A stretch of DNA of 64,000 nucleotides. Origin: an uncultured Verrucomicrobiota bacterium. GTDB lineage: Bacteria; Verrucomicrobiota; Verrucomicrobiia; Limisphaerales; UBA9464. The notes under the pieces are model-generated. The model did no database searches, was not told the origin of the DNA, and saw nothing but the letters and a program-made list of their open reading frames with translations. The stretch is taken from positions 1,971 to 65,970 of the forward strand of contig CAIMMI010000130.1 of assembly GCA_903842505.1 (NCBI GenBank). Direction: 5' to 3'. Below are positions 53,751 through 62,497 of the stretch, piece by piece. The position numbers and the translations under genes are program-made. Position 1 is the stretch's first letter. Each line of letters opens with the position of its first letter.

Positions 53751-56051
53751 ATGACCGAGTTTTCCTACCCTCCCGACTGGCGCTGGATCGGCGGCCTCGC
53801 CACCGTCGTCGTCCTCGTCGTCGGACTCAGCTACACCTTCGCCCGCGGACGCGGCGGTCCCATCCCGCGTATCCTCGGAGCCCTCCTCCGCCTCGGCGCC
53901 GTCGCCGTCCTCGGCGTCTGCCTCCTCGACCCGCACCGCGTCCAGAAGATCCTCCACCCGCACCAGGCGCGCCTCGCGGTCCTCTTCGACGTCTCCCGCA
54001 GCATGGCCACCGGCGATACCCCCGGCGGCCGACTCAGCGCCGCTCGCGACTGGACCGCACAGCACGTCACCCGCGGTCTTCCCGAAGGCGTCGAGATCAT
54101 CCCCCTCACCTTCAGCGACACGCTCCGTCGCCCCACCAACAACACGCCGCTCAGTCCCACCGGCAGCATCTCCGCCATCTCCGGCGCACTCGCCTCGGTC
54201 CTCGCCACGCCCAGCGACGAACCCCTCAGCGGCGTCCTCCTCCTTTCCGACGGCATCGAGACCACGTCCCAGACTCCCGACGCCATCGCACGCCAGTTCC
54301 GACGCAAGGGCATCCCCATCCACACGGTCGCCGTCGGCACCACCAACGAGATGCGCGATGTCATCCTCGAACAGGTCCAGGTCCGACGTTCCGCCGCCAA
54401 CGACGCACCTACCAAGGTCGTCCTCGAAATCCGTTCCCCCGGCTTCAAGGGTTCGAACGTGGTGCTCCAGGTCCGACGCGGGAAAGACACGCTCGCCACC
54501 CGCGGCATCCGTCTCAACGGATCCAACCAACCGGTCGAGATCGAGTTCACCCCGCGCGGATCCGGCTTCCAGATCTTCGACGTCGTTGCCAGCCCCACCC
54601 CAGGCGAATGGCTCGCCGCCAACAACCAGCGCAAGTTCGGACTCGAGATCATCGATCCCTCCCTGCGCGTGCTCTACATGGAAGGCACGCCGCAGAACGC
54701 TTCGAGCCCAATCCCGGAATGGAAGTACCTCAAGGACGCCCTCCAGTCCGACAAACGGATCAAGGTCTCGGTCCTCTACCGTCAGTTCGGCAACAACGGC
54801 CAATACCTGAACACCGTCGACGCCGATCCCCAGACCGGCGAACGCGCCTGGCCCGTCGAACACCCCACCCAGGGCTTCCCCAAGTCCCTGGCCAAGCTCC
54901 TCGACTACGACGTGGTCATCCATTCGGACATCCGACGCGATTCGTTCTCCGACGAGCAACTCGACGCCATCGCCGCCCTCGTCGAGAAGCACGGCGGCGG
55001 CTTCGTCATGATCGGCGGCAATTCCGCCTTCGGCCGCGGCGGTTACCACAGGACGGTCCTCGACCGGATCATCCCGCTCGCCATGGAGGGCGCTTACGAC
55101 AACGAAGCCACCCCCACCCAACTCCGCATCGCGTCGAACGCCTGGTCCCATCCGCTCGTCAACATCGGCAACACCACTGCCGACACCCGACGCATCTGGA
55201 CCGAGCGCTTCCCGACCCTCTACGGATACAACCGCGTCGAACGCGCCAAACCCGGCGCCACCGTCCTCGGCACCGGCGACGACGGCGTCATCCTCCTCGC
55301 CGTCCAGGAAGTTGGCCGCGGCCGGACGATGGCGTTCACCTCCGACACGACCCGCTCCTGGGGCCGCGACTTCGAGACGCTCTGGGGCGAACCCATCCGT
55401 CGCGACCGCGGATTCGAAGAGGACAACTGCGACTCCCGCTACTACCGCTCGTTCTGGATCAACGCCGTCCGCTGGCTCGCCGCCGGCAAGTCCGGTCGAA
55501 CCAACCAACCCGTCGTCCTCGAACTGTCCCAGGGCTACGGGTCCCCCGGCGATTCGGTCACCGCCACCGTCCGCGTCCGGGACAATGCCGAGCGCGACCT
55601 CCCCAACGCCGAGGTCGCCCTATACCTCGCCACCGGCGGACTCAGCAACGTCGTCGCCAACGCCCGATACAACGCCGCCTCCCGCGCCTACCGTGCGACG
55701 ATCCCCATGCCCACCGCCGGCACCCATATCCTGTCTGCCGTCGCCACTACCCGCAGCAACCGCATCGGGGATGATCGACAACTCCTGGTCAGCGAAGTCA
55801 TCGACCGCGAACTCGCAGACCTTCGGGCCCGACCCGACCTGATGGCTTCGATCGCCCGAGCCTCCGGCGGCACGGCCTTCAGCATCACCACCAATCCCCC
55901 GGCGAATCTCGGCGCCACCCTCGCCCACCTCCCGCCCCCCACCGAGGAACTCCGCCGCACCTCCCTGTGGGACAAACTGCCCTGGCTCCTCACCGCCCTC
56001 GGCCTGATCAGCGCCGAATGGCTCCTCCGCCGCTGGCGCGGTCTGGCCTGA
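53751..56051 (+). CDS. Membrane protein with a vWA-like (DVSRSM) domain and a class-I glutamine-amidotransferase-like domain; last gene of the MoxR operon
   Basis: N-terminal TMs read WIGGLATVVVLVVGLSY and LRLGAVAVLGVCLL. The MIDAS-like motif is AVLFDVSRSM. The GATase1-like block is YDVVIHSDI....GGGFVMIGGNSAFGRGGY. A C-terminal TM reads LPWLLTALGLISAEWLL. The start is either ATG 53751 or GTG 53730, which overlaps the upstream stop. Confidence 0.78.
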   Translation: MTEFSYPPDWRWIGGLATVVVLVVGLSYTFARGRGGPIPRILGALLRLGAVAVLGVCLLDPHRVQKILHPHQARLAVLFDVSRSMATGDTPGGRLSAARDWTAQHVTRGLPEGVEIIPLTFSDTLRRPTNNTPLSPTGSISAISGALASVLATPSDEPLSGVLLLSDGIETTSQTPDAIARQFRRKGIPIHTVAVGTTNEMRDVILEQVQVRRSAANDAPTKVVLEIRSPGFKGSNVVLQVRRGKDTLATRGIRLNGSNQPVEIEFTPRGSGFQIFDVVASPTPGEWLAANNQRKFGLEIIDPSLRVLYMEGTPQNASSPIPEWKYLKDALQSDKRIKVSVLYRQFGNNGQYLNTVDADPQTGERAWPVEHPTQGFPKSLAKLLDYDVVIHSDIRRDSFSDEQLDAIAALVEKHGGGFVMIGGNSAFGRGGYHRTVLDRIIPLAMEGAYDNEATPTQLRIASNAWSHPLVNIGNTTADTRRIWTERFPTLYGYNRVERAKPGATVLGTGDDGVILLAVQEVGRGRTMAFTSDTTRSWGRDFETLWGEPIRRDRGFEEDNCDSRYYRSFWINAVRWLAAGKSGRTNQPVVLELSQGYGSPGDSVTATVRVRDNAERDLPNAEVALYLATGGLSNVVANARYNAASRAYRATIPMPTAGTHILSAVATTRSNRIGDDRQLLVSEVIDRELADLRARPDLMASIARASGGTAFSITTNPPANLGATLAHLPPPTEELRRTSLWDKLPWLLTALGLISAEWLLRRWRGLA

Positions 56052-56057
56052 CCGGGA

Positions 56058-56360
56058 GTTCCCAGTCACCAGATCCCAGCTTCCAGACCCGTAGCCGCCG
56101 ACGTCAGGAGGCTGGTCCCTGAAGCATTTCTCGAATCCCGCCTCCTCACGTCGTCGGCTACCTTACGTTCTGTAGCAGTCGACGTCAGGAGGCTGGTCCC
56201 TGAAGCATTTCTCGAATCCCGCCTCGTCACCTCGTCGGCTACCTTACGTTCTGTAGCAGTCGACGTCAGGAGGCTGTTCCCTGAAGCATTTCTCGAATCC
56301 CGCCTCGTCACCTCGTCGGCTACCTGCCGTCCATAGCCAGCGTCCAGAGGCTGGGTCCGT
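56058..56360. repeat. Heptad tract followed by a tandem array of an 81-bp unit (3 full copies + partial 4th) built from the 22-bp inverted-repeat arms
   Basis: Heptads cagtcac cagatcc cagcttc cagaccc lie at 56064-56090. Units start at 56091, 56172 and 56253: gtagc.g.cgacgtcaggaggctg.tccctgaagcatttctcgaatcccgcctc.tcac.tcgtcggctacc.....t... A degenerate arm atagccagcgtccagaggctgg follows. It lies between convergent genes. Confidence 0.9.
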
Positions 56361-56486
56361 CCCGGTTCCCGGTCTCCCCGCCTCCGGAGTCTGGAATCTG
56401 GCAACCGGGAACTGGCTTCAACCCCACCTCACGATCTCGGCTGCCCCCACTTCAAACTTGAATCTTGAAACCTCGAACTCTCCCGC

Positions 56487-58097
56487 TCACCCCGCCGTCA
56501 GCGCTGCCCGTGCATCCCCGCCGGCCCCGGTCTTGTCCAGGAAGTAGTCATATCCGCCCGGGTATGAAGTCACCCGTCCGCCACACACGTGGAGGACCCG
56601 GGTCGCCAGCTTCCGGATGAAGTGCACATCGTGGGAGATGAACACCAGCGTGCCCTCGTAGCGCTCCAGCGCCATCGTCAACGACTCCACCGTCGTGATG
56701 TCGAGGTGCGTCGTCGGCTCGTCCATCAGCAGCAGGTTCGGCGGATCGACCAGGAACTTGATCAGGTTCAACCGGCTCTTCTCACCGCCGCTGAGGACGG
56801 CGGTCTTCTTGTAGATCTCCTCCTTGCGGAACATGAAGCTCCCCAGGATTGCCCGGGCCTCGTCCTCGCGCAGGTTCGGCCCGCTGGCCACGACTTCTTC
56901 GAGCACCGTCTTCTCGGGATCCAGGGCGTCTGCCCGATGCTGGCTGAAGTACCCGAGCTTGGCGTTGTGGCCCAGTTTCCGTTCCCCCTTCTGGAACTCC
57001 AGGACCCCCGCCATGATCTTCAACAACGTCGACTTTCCGGCGCCGTTCGGTCCCACCAGCACCGTTCGTTCCCCACGCTCGATCGAGACTTCCAGGCCGC
57101 TGTAGACCTGAACCGACCCGTACGCCATATGGATTCCCTCCAGCGTGATCGCCCGCTGGCCACCGCGCGGCGGAGGCGGGATCTGGAAACGGAACGGTTT
57201 CCGCGGCGGCGTCGGCTTCTCGATCAATTCCATCCGCTCGATCTGCTTGAGTTTCGCCATTGCCTGAGAGGCCTTGGACGTCACCGAACGGAAGCGGTCC
57301 GCGAACTCCTGGAGCGCCGCAATTTCCTTCTGCTGGTTCTTGTACGCCGCCATCTGCGACTCGTAGTTCGCCTCCCGCTGCGTCAGGTACTCGGAGTAGT
57401 TGCCCGTGTAGGCAATCACCTTGCGGTCCGCGATCTCGCTCACCTGCGTCACGACCTCATCCATGAACTGGCGATCATGCGAGATCAGCAGCAGCGCGCC
57501 CGAGTAGTTGGCGAGGTAGTTCTGGAGCCAAAGCAACGAGACGAGGTCGAGGTGGTTCGTCGGTTCGTCCAGCAACAGCAGGTCCGGCTCCATCACCAGC
57601 AACCGGGCCAGATGCGCACGCATCACCCATCCGCCGCTCAGTTCCTTGGCCTTCCGTTCGAACTCGTGTTCCCGGTAACCCAGGCCTGCCAGCATCTTCT
57701 TCGCCTTGGCATCGACCTGCAGGTCCGTCAGCGCGTCGTGCTTCGCGTGCGCCTCCATGTAGGCCGGGCTGTCGACTGCGCCCGCCGCCTCCAATTCCTT
57801 CAGCTTGTGCTCGAGTTCCGCCACCAATCCGGCCCGACCGGTCGCCAGGTCCAGGACGGTCTCCTCGCCCACAGCCTCGCCTTCCTGCGGGAGGTAACCA
57901 ACCATCGTCCAGGCATCCCGCTCGACCGTGCCCTCGATCGGTTGCTCCTCACCGAGGATGATCGAGAACAGCGTCGACTTGCCGGCGCCGTTCGGACCCA
58001 CCAGGGCCACTCGGTCGCCGTAGTTCACCTGCAACGACGCGCCCTCGAACAGGACGCGGCCGCCATAGGACATCTTGAGATCGCGGATGGTAAGCAT
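56487..58097 (-). CDS. ABC-F family ATPase (two ABC domains, no transmembrane domain)
   Basis: Walker A occurs twice (GPNGAGKSTLF, GPNGAGKSTLL). Signatures are LSGGWVMR and LSGGEKSRL. Walker B motifs are LLLLDEPTNHLD and LLLMDEPTTHLD. An inter-domain linker is present. Confidence 0.93.
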   Translation of the reverse strand: MLTIRDLKMSYGGRVLFEGASLQVNYGDRVALVGPNGAGKSTLFSIILGEEQPIEGTVERDAWTMVGYLPQEGEAVGEETVLDLATGRAGLVAELEHKLKELEAAGAVDSPAYMEAHAKHDALTDLQVDAKAKKMLAGLGYREHEFERKAKELSGGWVMRAHLARLLVMEPDLLLLDEPTNHLDLVSLLWLQNYLANYSGALLLISHDRQFMDEVVTQVSEIADRKVIAYTGNYSEYLTQREANYESQMAAYKNQQKEIAALQEFADRFRSVTSKASQAMAKLKQIERMELIEKPTPPRKPFRFQIPPPPRGGQRAITLEGIHMAYGSVQVYSGLEVSIERGERTVLVGPNGAGKSTLLKIMAGVLEFQKGERKLGHNAKLGYFSQHRADALDPEKTVLEEVVASGPNLREDEARAILGSFMFRKEEIYKKTAVLSGGEKSRLNLIKFLVDPPNLLLMDEPTTHLDITTVESLTMALERYEGTLVFISHDVHFIRKLATRVLHVCGGRVTSYPGGYDYFLDKTGAGGDARAALTAG

Positions 58098-58182
58098 TCT
58101 GGACCGCCCTCAACCGGACGGCCCTCCCAACCTGCCTCATCCCTGCGCCCCACGCGAGCGTGCAAAGTTGAGGGCCCGGACA

Positions 58183-58428
58183 GAGTTTCCAGTCGCCAGA
58201 TTCCAGTTTCCAGAACTGTAGGCTGGGTGCCCTCACCCGGCGTAGACCGTAAACCGCCGCGTGGGGGCACGCAGCCTACACCCCTGGAAGCAGAGAGTTC
58301 TTCGACCCGCCTCCTCACGTCGTCTGCTACAGTCCCGGTCGTAGCCGACGAGGTGACGAGGCGGACCCAGCAACCAGCCTCCTCACGTCGTCTGCTACGG
58401 ACTGGGAACTGGAGACTGGCAACTTGCT
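58183..58428. repeat. Intergenic region fully tiled by repeats: heptads, a 64-bp hairpin element, three inverted-repeat arms, then heptads
   Basis: Heptads ccagtcg ccagatt ccagttt ccagaac come first. Then tgtaggctgggtgccctcacccggcg...ccgcgtgggggcacgcagcctaca lies at 58217-58280. Arms follow: gcctcctcacgtcgtctgctac, gtagccgacgaggtgacgaggc and cctcctcacgtcgtctgctac. Finally ggactgggaactggagactggcaact. Confidence 0.88.
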
Positions 58429-58430
58429 CC

Positions 58431-59228
58431 CTACACCTCAAACACCGCCAACTCCGGTCGGCAGTTGAACCGGAAGTCCACCTGAAGGCTGCCGATCCCG
58501 GAATTCACGTACAGACGGCCCGCGGGCGTGTCGTACCAACCCATCTCGTAACGTCCCACGTCATGCGGCTTCACCAACGCCCCGTAGAACGGGATCCGGA
58601 CCTGACCTCCGTGGCTGTGTCCCGCCAGCAGCAAGTCCGCCCGGTAGGGCAATCGGTCCGCCCACGCAGGATAATGCATGAGCACCAGGTTCATCACCCC
58701 GTCCGCTGGCTCCGCGAGGGCCGGCAAGCGATCCAGTGCCAGCAACCGCACTCGACCGTTCGCCGCGAGCTGGGCCTCGTCCTTCAACCAGGCTCCACCC
58801 GTCTTCGCGAACGCTGCCTTCGCCAACCGGAAATCGACCTTCGCCCAGTGGTCGTGATTCCCGGCGATCCCGTACAACGGACACCGGATCGTCGACAGGA
58901 TATCCAGGGCCGGGGCAAACATCGGCGCCTCTTCCACCAGATCGCCCGTGAACACCGCAAAATCCGGGTTCAACCGATTGACCCTGCCCACCACATCCCG
59001 GATCCGTCCCTCGTCACCCCGGTGATGGATGTCCGTGAAATGTGCGATTCGGATCGTTGGTTTCGGGTTCAGTCGATACGTCCGTACCGCCAACCAGTCA
59101 GGCTCAATCCACCGTGCATGCACCCCCGCGTAGCCCGGCGTCACCCACGCCAGGTGACGGATCCAGCGGCGGCGCGAGATTCCACGGTTCCAGAACCCAG
59201 GCGATGTCGCGATGTCACTCATTCCCAC
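58431..59228 (-). CDS. Metallophosphoesterase (calcineurin-like; YkuE/YaeI-like) with a Tat-type signal
   Basis: It has the twin-arginine motif SRRRWIRHLAW. Metal-binding motifs are IAHFTDIHH, FTGDLV, GNHDHW and LAGHSHGGQV. The start is either GTG 59228 or ATG 59222. Confidence 0.88.
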   Translation of the reverse strand: MGMSDIATSPGFWNRGISRRRWIRHLAWVTPGYAGVHARWIEPDWLAVRTYRLNPKPTIRIAHFTDIHHRGDEGRIRDVVGRVNRLNPDFAVFTGDLVEEAPMFAPALDILSTIRCPLYGIAGNHDHWAKVDFRLAKAAFAKTGGAWLKDEAQLAANGRVRLLALDRLPALAEPADGVMNLVLMHYPAWADRLPYRADLLLAGHSHGGQVRIPFYGALVKPHDVGRYEMGWYDTPAGRLYVNSGIGSLQVDFRFNCRPELAVFEV

Positions 59229-59302
59229 AAGACTCCCGGGGCTCCGACACCGCCAACGCGCCGCGCTTCAATCTTCAGTCTGAAAACTTCGGCCTCCCAC
59301 CT

Positions 59303-59935
59303 TCACAAGCCGGGGCCTTCAGCCCGCTCGGCATCCATCTGGTAGATCCCGAGCAGGTACCCGTTCTCGCTGAACTCACCCACCTTCAGGGTCCCCACCA
59401 GCGTCACCGCCTGGTCCATCACGGCCTTCGTGCCATCCCCGACCATCTTCACCGTCAGGAACTCATTGATCTTGGGAACCGCGCCAAAGCAGCACATCGA
59501 CTGGTCGCGCATCAGCAGCAACTCCGTCACCTTGCCCTCCTTCACCTTCAGCGGAAGCATGAAGCCCTTGATCGCGACCTTCCGACCATCATACGCCTTG
59601 ATCGTCGCGGGGATCTGGTTGGTATCCGGCGTCGGGGGCGGGGTCGTCCCGGTGTACTCGGGCACCACGTAGTTGAAGCCTGCCAACTTGTCGAAGCCCA
59701 CCTCCTGCATGCCCGCCTTCTTCGGCGCCTCGGTCGCGGCTGCCGTCGCATTCGTTGGCTGCGTGCCAGGCTTCAATGTCTGGATCGGCTCACCCCGCGG
59801 GGCCAAGGGCTTGATCGGCTCGCCGCGCGGGGCCTTCGTCGCGGGCGCCTGGGCAAACAGGATCGAACCTGCCACCGCCGCGGCCACGAACCCGATCCCA
59901 CCCTGAAAAACAGACTTCAATGCTCCACGCTCCAT
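59303..59935 (-). CDS. DUF3299 domain protein (secreted)
   Basis: It has a signal/TM segment (GGIGFVAAAVAGSILFAQA) and a duplicated PRGEPI(K/Q) motif. The family core reads VAIKGFMLPL........LLMRDQSMCCFG..P...EFL.V....G...........V.GTL.V. Confidence 0.8.
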   Translation of the reverse strand: MERGALKSVFQGGIGFVAAAVAGSILFAQAPATKAPRGEPIKPLAPRGEPIQTLKPGTQPTNATAAATEAPKKAGMQEVGFDKLAGFNYVVPEYTGTTPPPTPDTNQIPATIKAYDGRKVAIKGFMLPLKVKEGKVTELLLMRDQSMCCFGAVPKINEFLTVKMVGDGTKAVMDQAVTLVGTLKVGEFSENGYLLGIYQMDAERAEGPGL

Positions 59936-59976
59936 GATTGCCTCCAGACTTTGATGATTCCCGATGCCCGATCCGG

Positions 59977-60468
59977 TTACTTCGCCGCCTTCACTTCAAA
60001 CGCCACGTCCCCGAAGTTTTGCCCACCCAGCGTCACCCCGAGGATCTTTCCGGAGAAACCATTGGCGGACTTCAGCCATTCCGCGGATCCCTCGAACTGC
60101 GAGGTTTCCCCCACCTTCTCGCCCGAAGCCGCATTGGCGACCGCCGCCAGCACCAGAACCTTCTCCTGTCCGTCCACCGTCGCCTTCACCTGCAACGTGG
60201 GTGCCGCGATCCGCACGTAGCTCTCCGCATGGGCATCCAACACCCATGCCGTCAGTTTCCCGACCTTGGCATCGGGCAACAACTCGAAGTTGAACTGATG
60301 CTTGCCGACCTCGACCAACTGTCCGCCGTTCTTGGCCTCATGCGCATGCCCGCCACCTGCGTGGCCCGCATGATCATGATCATCGTCCTTCGAACACCCC
60401 ACGCTCCAGAGGCTCAACCCAGCCACCAAAGCCAACGCCCAAGCCCGACGCGAAACCGGAAAGCTCAT
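59977..60468 (-). CDS. His-rich lipoprotein (putative metal-binding)
   Basis: It has the lipobox LSLWSVGC followed immediately by SKDDDHDHAGHAGGGHAHE, which contains 6 His in 16 residues. A beta-rich domain of roughly 110 aa follows. Confidence 0.75.
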   Translation of the reverse strand: MSFPVSRRAWALALVAGLSLWSVGCSKDDDHDHAGHAGGGHAHEAKNGGQLVEVGKHQFNFELLPDAKVGKLTAWVLDAHAESYVRIAAPTLQVKATVDGQEKVLVLAAVANAASGEKVGETSQFEGSAEWLKSANGFSGKILGVTLGGQNFGDVAFEVKAAK

Positions 60469-60514
60469 GCGAGGACGCTAGCCTCCGGTCGTCCCGGAAG
60501 CAAAGCCGTCGTGA

Positions 60515-60645
60515 AGTTCCGAGTTTCAAGGCAACTGTAGGCCGAGTGCCCCCACGCGGTGCAATCCTCACATCCGCCGGGTGAGGGCACCCGGCCTACA
60601 AGCGAGGGGCTTCCTTCAAACTTGAATCTTCCAACTTCAAACTCC
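60515..60645. repeat. Heptads + 64-bp hairpin element (copy 2, inverted) + heptads; overlaps the 3' end of the symporter ORF
   Basis: The order is agttccg agtttca aggcaac, then tgtaggccgagtgcccccacgcgg...ccgccgggtgagggcacccggcctaca (60537-60600, the reverse complement of the 58217-58280 element), then ttcaaac ttgaatc ttccaac ttcaaac. Confidence 0.85.
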
Positions 60646-62089
60646 CCCGCCTCGCCAACAGCACCAATCCCGACATCGTCAGCGCTCCGTTCAACAGCAG
60701 CAGTTCCGTCCCGAACTTGTACCCGCCCAACCAGGTCGCGGAGTGCTGGGACAGTTCCCAGCACACGATCGGCGCCGCCACGCACACGACCGGCACCCAA
60801 GGTCCTCCCACCCGGACCCGCGTCGCCAAACCCAAGGCGAAAAGACCCAGCAACGGCCCGTACGTGAACGAAGCTAGCTTAAAGACCAGGTCGATCACCG
60901 CCATCGTGCCCGCCGCCTTGAATGCCACGATCACCCAGAGCAACAGCATCGCGAACCCGAAGTGTACCCAGCGCCGGCGACGGTCCTTCTGCGCCGTGCT
61001 GAGGTCTTCCCGTTGTTCCAGCCCCAGGAAATCGAAACAGAACGAAGTCGTCAGGGTCGTCAGCACCGAGTCGGCGCTATTGAACGTCGCCGCCGTCAAA
61101 CCCAGCACGAACACCACCGCCGCCCAGGTTCCCAGGTGCTGCAACGCCAACGTCGGAAACAGTTGGTCCGTACTCGTCGGGATCGCCACCCCGCGCTCCT
61201 TCGCGTACCCGAAAAGCAACACCCCGAGAGACAGGAAAAAAAGGTTCACCGGAACCTGCACCAGGGCGAACGAGTACAGGTTCTTCTTCGCCGTCCCGGG
61301 CGTCGGGCACGACAGGCTCTTCTGCATGTTGTTCTGGTCGAGTCCGGTCATCACCAGCGTGATCGCCGCCCCGCTCAGGAACTGCTTCCAGAAGTAGCCC
61401 GGCGAACGCCAATCCCAGTTGAACACCCCGGACATCTCGCTCTCCCACACCCGCGTCACCATCCCGCCCACCCCCAGACCCAGGTCTCCCCCGATGATCA
61501 CCAGGCTCAACACCACCCCCAGAACCAGGAACAGGCTCTGGAAGGAATCCGTCCACACCAACGTCCGGATCCCTCCCTTCAACGTGTACGCGAGCATCAG
61601 CAGGATGATCCCGGAGACCGTCACAAAGAACGGCACCCCCATTTCTTCGAAGACGAACTTCTGAAAAACGTTCGCCGCCAGATACAGCCGCGCGGCCGCC
61701 CCCAGCATCCGCGACAAAAGAAAGAACCCCGACCCCGTCTTCTGCGCCACTGACCCGAACCGCTCGCCCAGGAACCCGTAGATCGACGTCAGGTTCAACC
61801 GGTAGTACATGGGGATCAGAACCTCCGCGATCAGCGCGTAGCCCAGCACGTAGCCCAGCACCATCTGGAAGTATCCGAACCGGTCGACCGCCACCTTGCC
61901 GGGCACCGAGATGTAGGTCACCCCGGACAAGGAATCGCCGATCAACCCGAAGGCCACGATGTACCAGGGCGATTGCCGATTTCCCAGGAAGTACCCGGCC
62001 GCGTCGGCCTTCCGCCCGGTCCACCACGCAATCGTGCAAAGGACCCCGAAATAAACCCCCGCCACCGCCAGTATCAGCCAAGGTGTCAT
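60596..62089 (-). CDS. Sodium:solute symporter family (SSF) transporter
   Basis: I use the internal ATG at 62089 (MTPWLILAVAGVYFGVLCTIAWWTGRK..YFLGNR). It has roughly 12-13 hydrophobic segments and SSF-type blocks GDSLSGVTYISVPG and GGIRTLVWTDSFQ. The last roughly 17 codons are encoded by repeat sequence. Confidence 0.88.
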   Translation of the reverse strand: MTPWLILAVAGVYFGVLCTIAWWTGRKADAAGYFLGNRQSPWYIVAFGLIGDSLSGVTYISVPGKVAVDRFGYFQMVLGYVLGYALIAEVLIPMYYRLNLTSIYGFLGERFGSVAQKTGSGFFLLSRMLGAAARLYLAANVFQKFVFEEMGVPFFVTVSGIILLMLAYTLKGGIRTLVWTDSFQSLFLVLGVVLSLVIIGGDLGLGVGGMVTRVWESEMSGVFNWDWRSPGYFWKQFLSGAAITLVMTGLDQNNMQKSLSCPTPGTAKKNLYSFALVQVPVNLFFLSLGVLLFGYAKERGVAIPTSTDQLFPTLALQHLGTWAAVVFVLGLTAATFNSADSVLTTLTTSFCFDFLGLEQREDLSTAQKDRRRRWVHFGFAMLLLWVIVAFKAAGTMAVIDLVFKLASFTYGPLLGLFALGLATRVRVGGPWVPVVCVAAPIVCWELSQHSATWLGGYKFGTELLLLNGALTMSGLVLLARRGSLKLEDSSLKEAPRL

Positions 62090-62161
62090 GTTCGCCTGCG
62101 CATCCTCACCAAACCCGTGCGACATGCCAGCATCCAAGACGTCCCAAAAAAGGCCAGGCCT

Positions 62162-62366
62162 CCGCCTCCTCACGTCGGCGGCTACCCGGGAGGACGCTGG
62201 GCTCCCTCGTCGTCCCGCCTCCTCACGTCGGCGGCTACCCGGGAGGACGCTGGACTCCCTCGTCGTCCCGCCTCCTCACGTCGGCGGCTACCCGGCAGGA
62301 CGCTGGGCTCCCTCGTCGTCCCGCCTCCTCACGTCGGCGGCTACCCGGGAGGACGCTGGGCTCCTT
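62162..62366. repeat. Tandem array of a 53-bp unit (4 copies) derived from the same arm family
   Basis: Units start at 62162, 62215, 62268 and 62321: ccgcctcctcacgtcggcggctacccgg.aggacgctgg.ctccctcgtcgtc. There are 1-2 substitutions between copies. The 53-bp period is not a multiple of 3. Confidence 0.92.
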
Positions 62367-62407
62367 CTCCCGGTTGATCGTCCAGCTCGAGCTGATTCCG
62401 AGGCCTC

Positions 62408-62446
62408 AACGAAAAAGACCCCGTCCCACAGGGTGGAACAGGGTCT
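62408..62446 (-). terminator. Rho-independent terminator downstream of the LamG protein gene
   Basis: On the minus strand, AGACCCUGUUCCAC - CCU - GUGGGACGGGGUCU forms a 14-bp stem with 2 G-U pairs and is followed by UUUUUCGUUG. Confidence 0.75.
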
Positions 62447-62497
62447 TGAAGTCAGCGGTCGGGACCCGAAGGCCCGCGACCCGCATCGAGTTCAGGC

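Noticed and set aside
56066-56404. A 112-aa minus-strand ORF with a 27-aa repeat (VADEVTRRDSRNASG.SLLTSTATERK x3)
   Set aside because: It is the translation of the 81-bp tandem array. The same DNA arms occur at other intergenic sites, in both orientations and with a non-triplet (53-bp) period. The sequence is best explained as a nucleic-acid-level repeat, not a gene.
62162-62366. A possible CRISPR array (regularly spaced direct repeats), here and at 56091-56360
   Set aside because: The units are contiguous and near-identical with no unique spacers. The repeats are internally palindromic members of a dispersed family, and there are no cas genes in the window.
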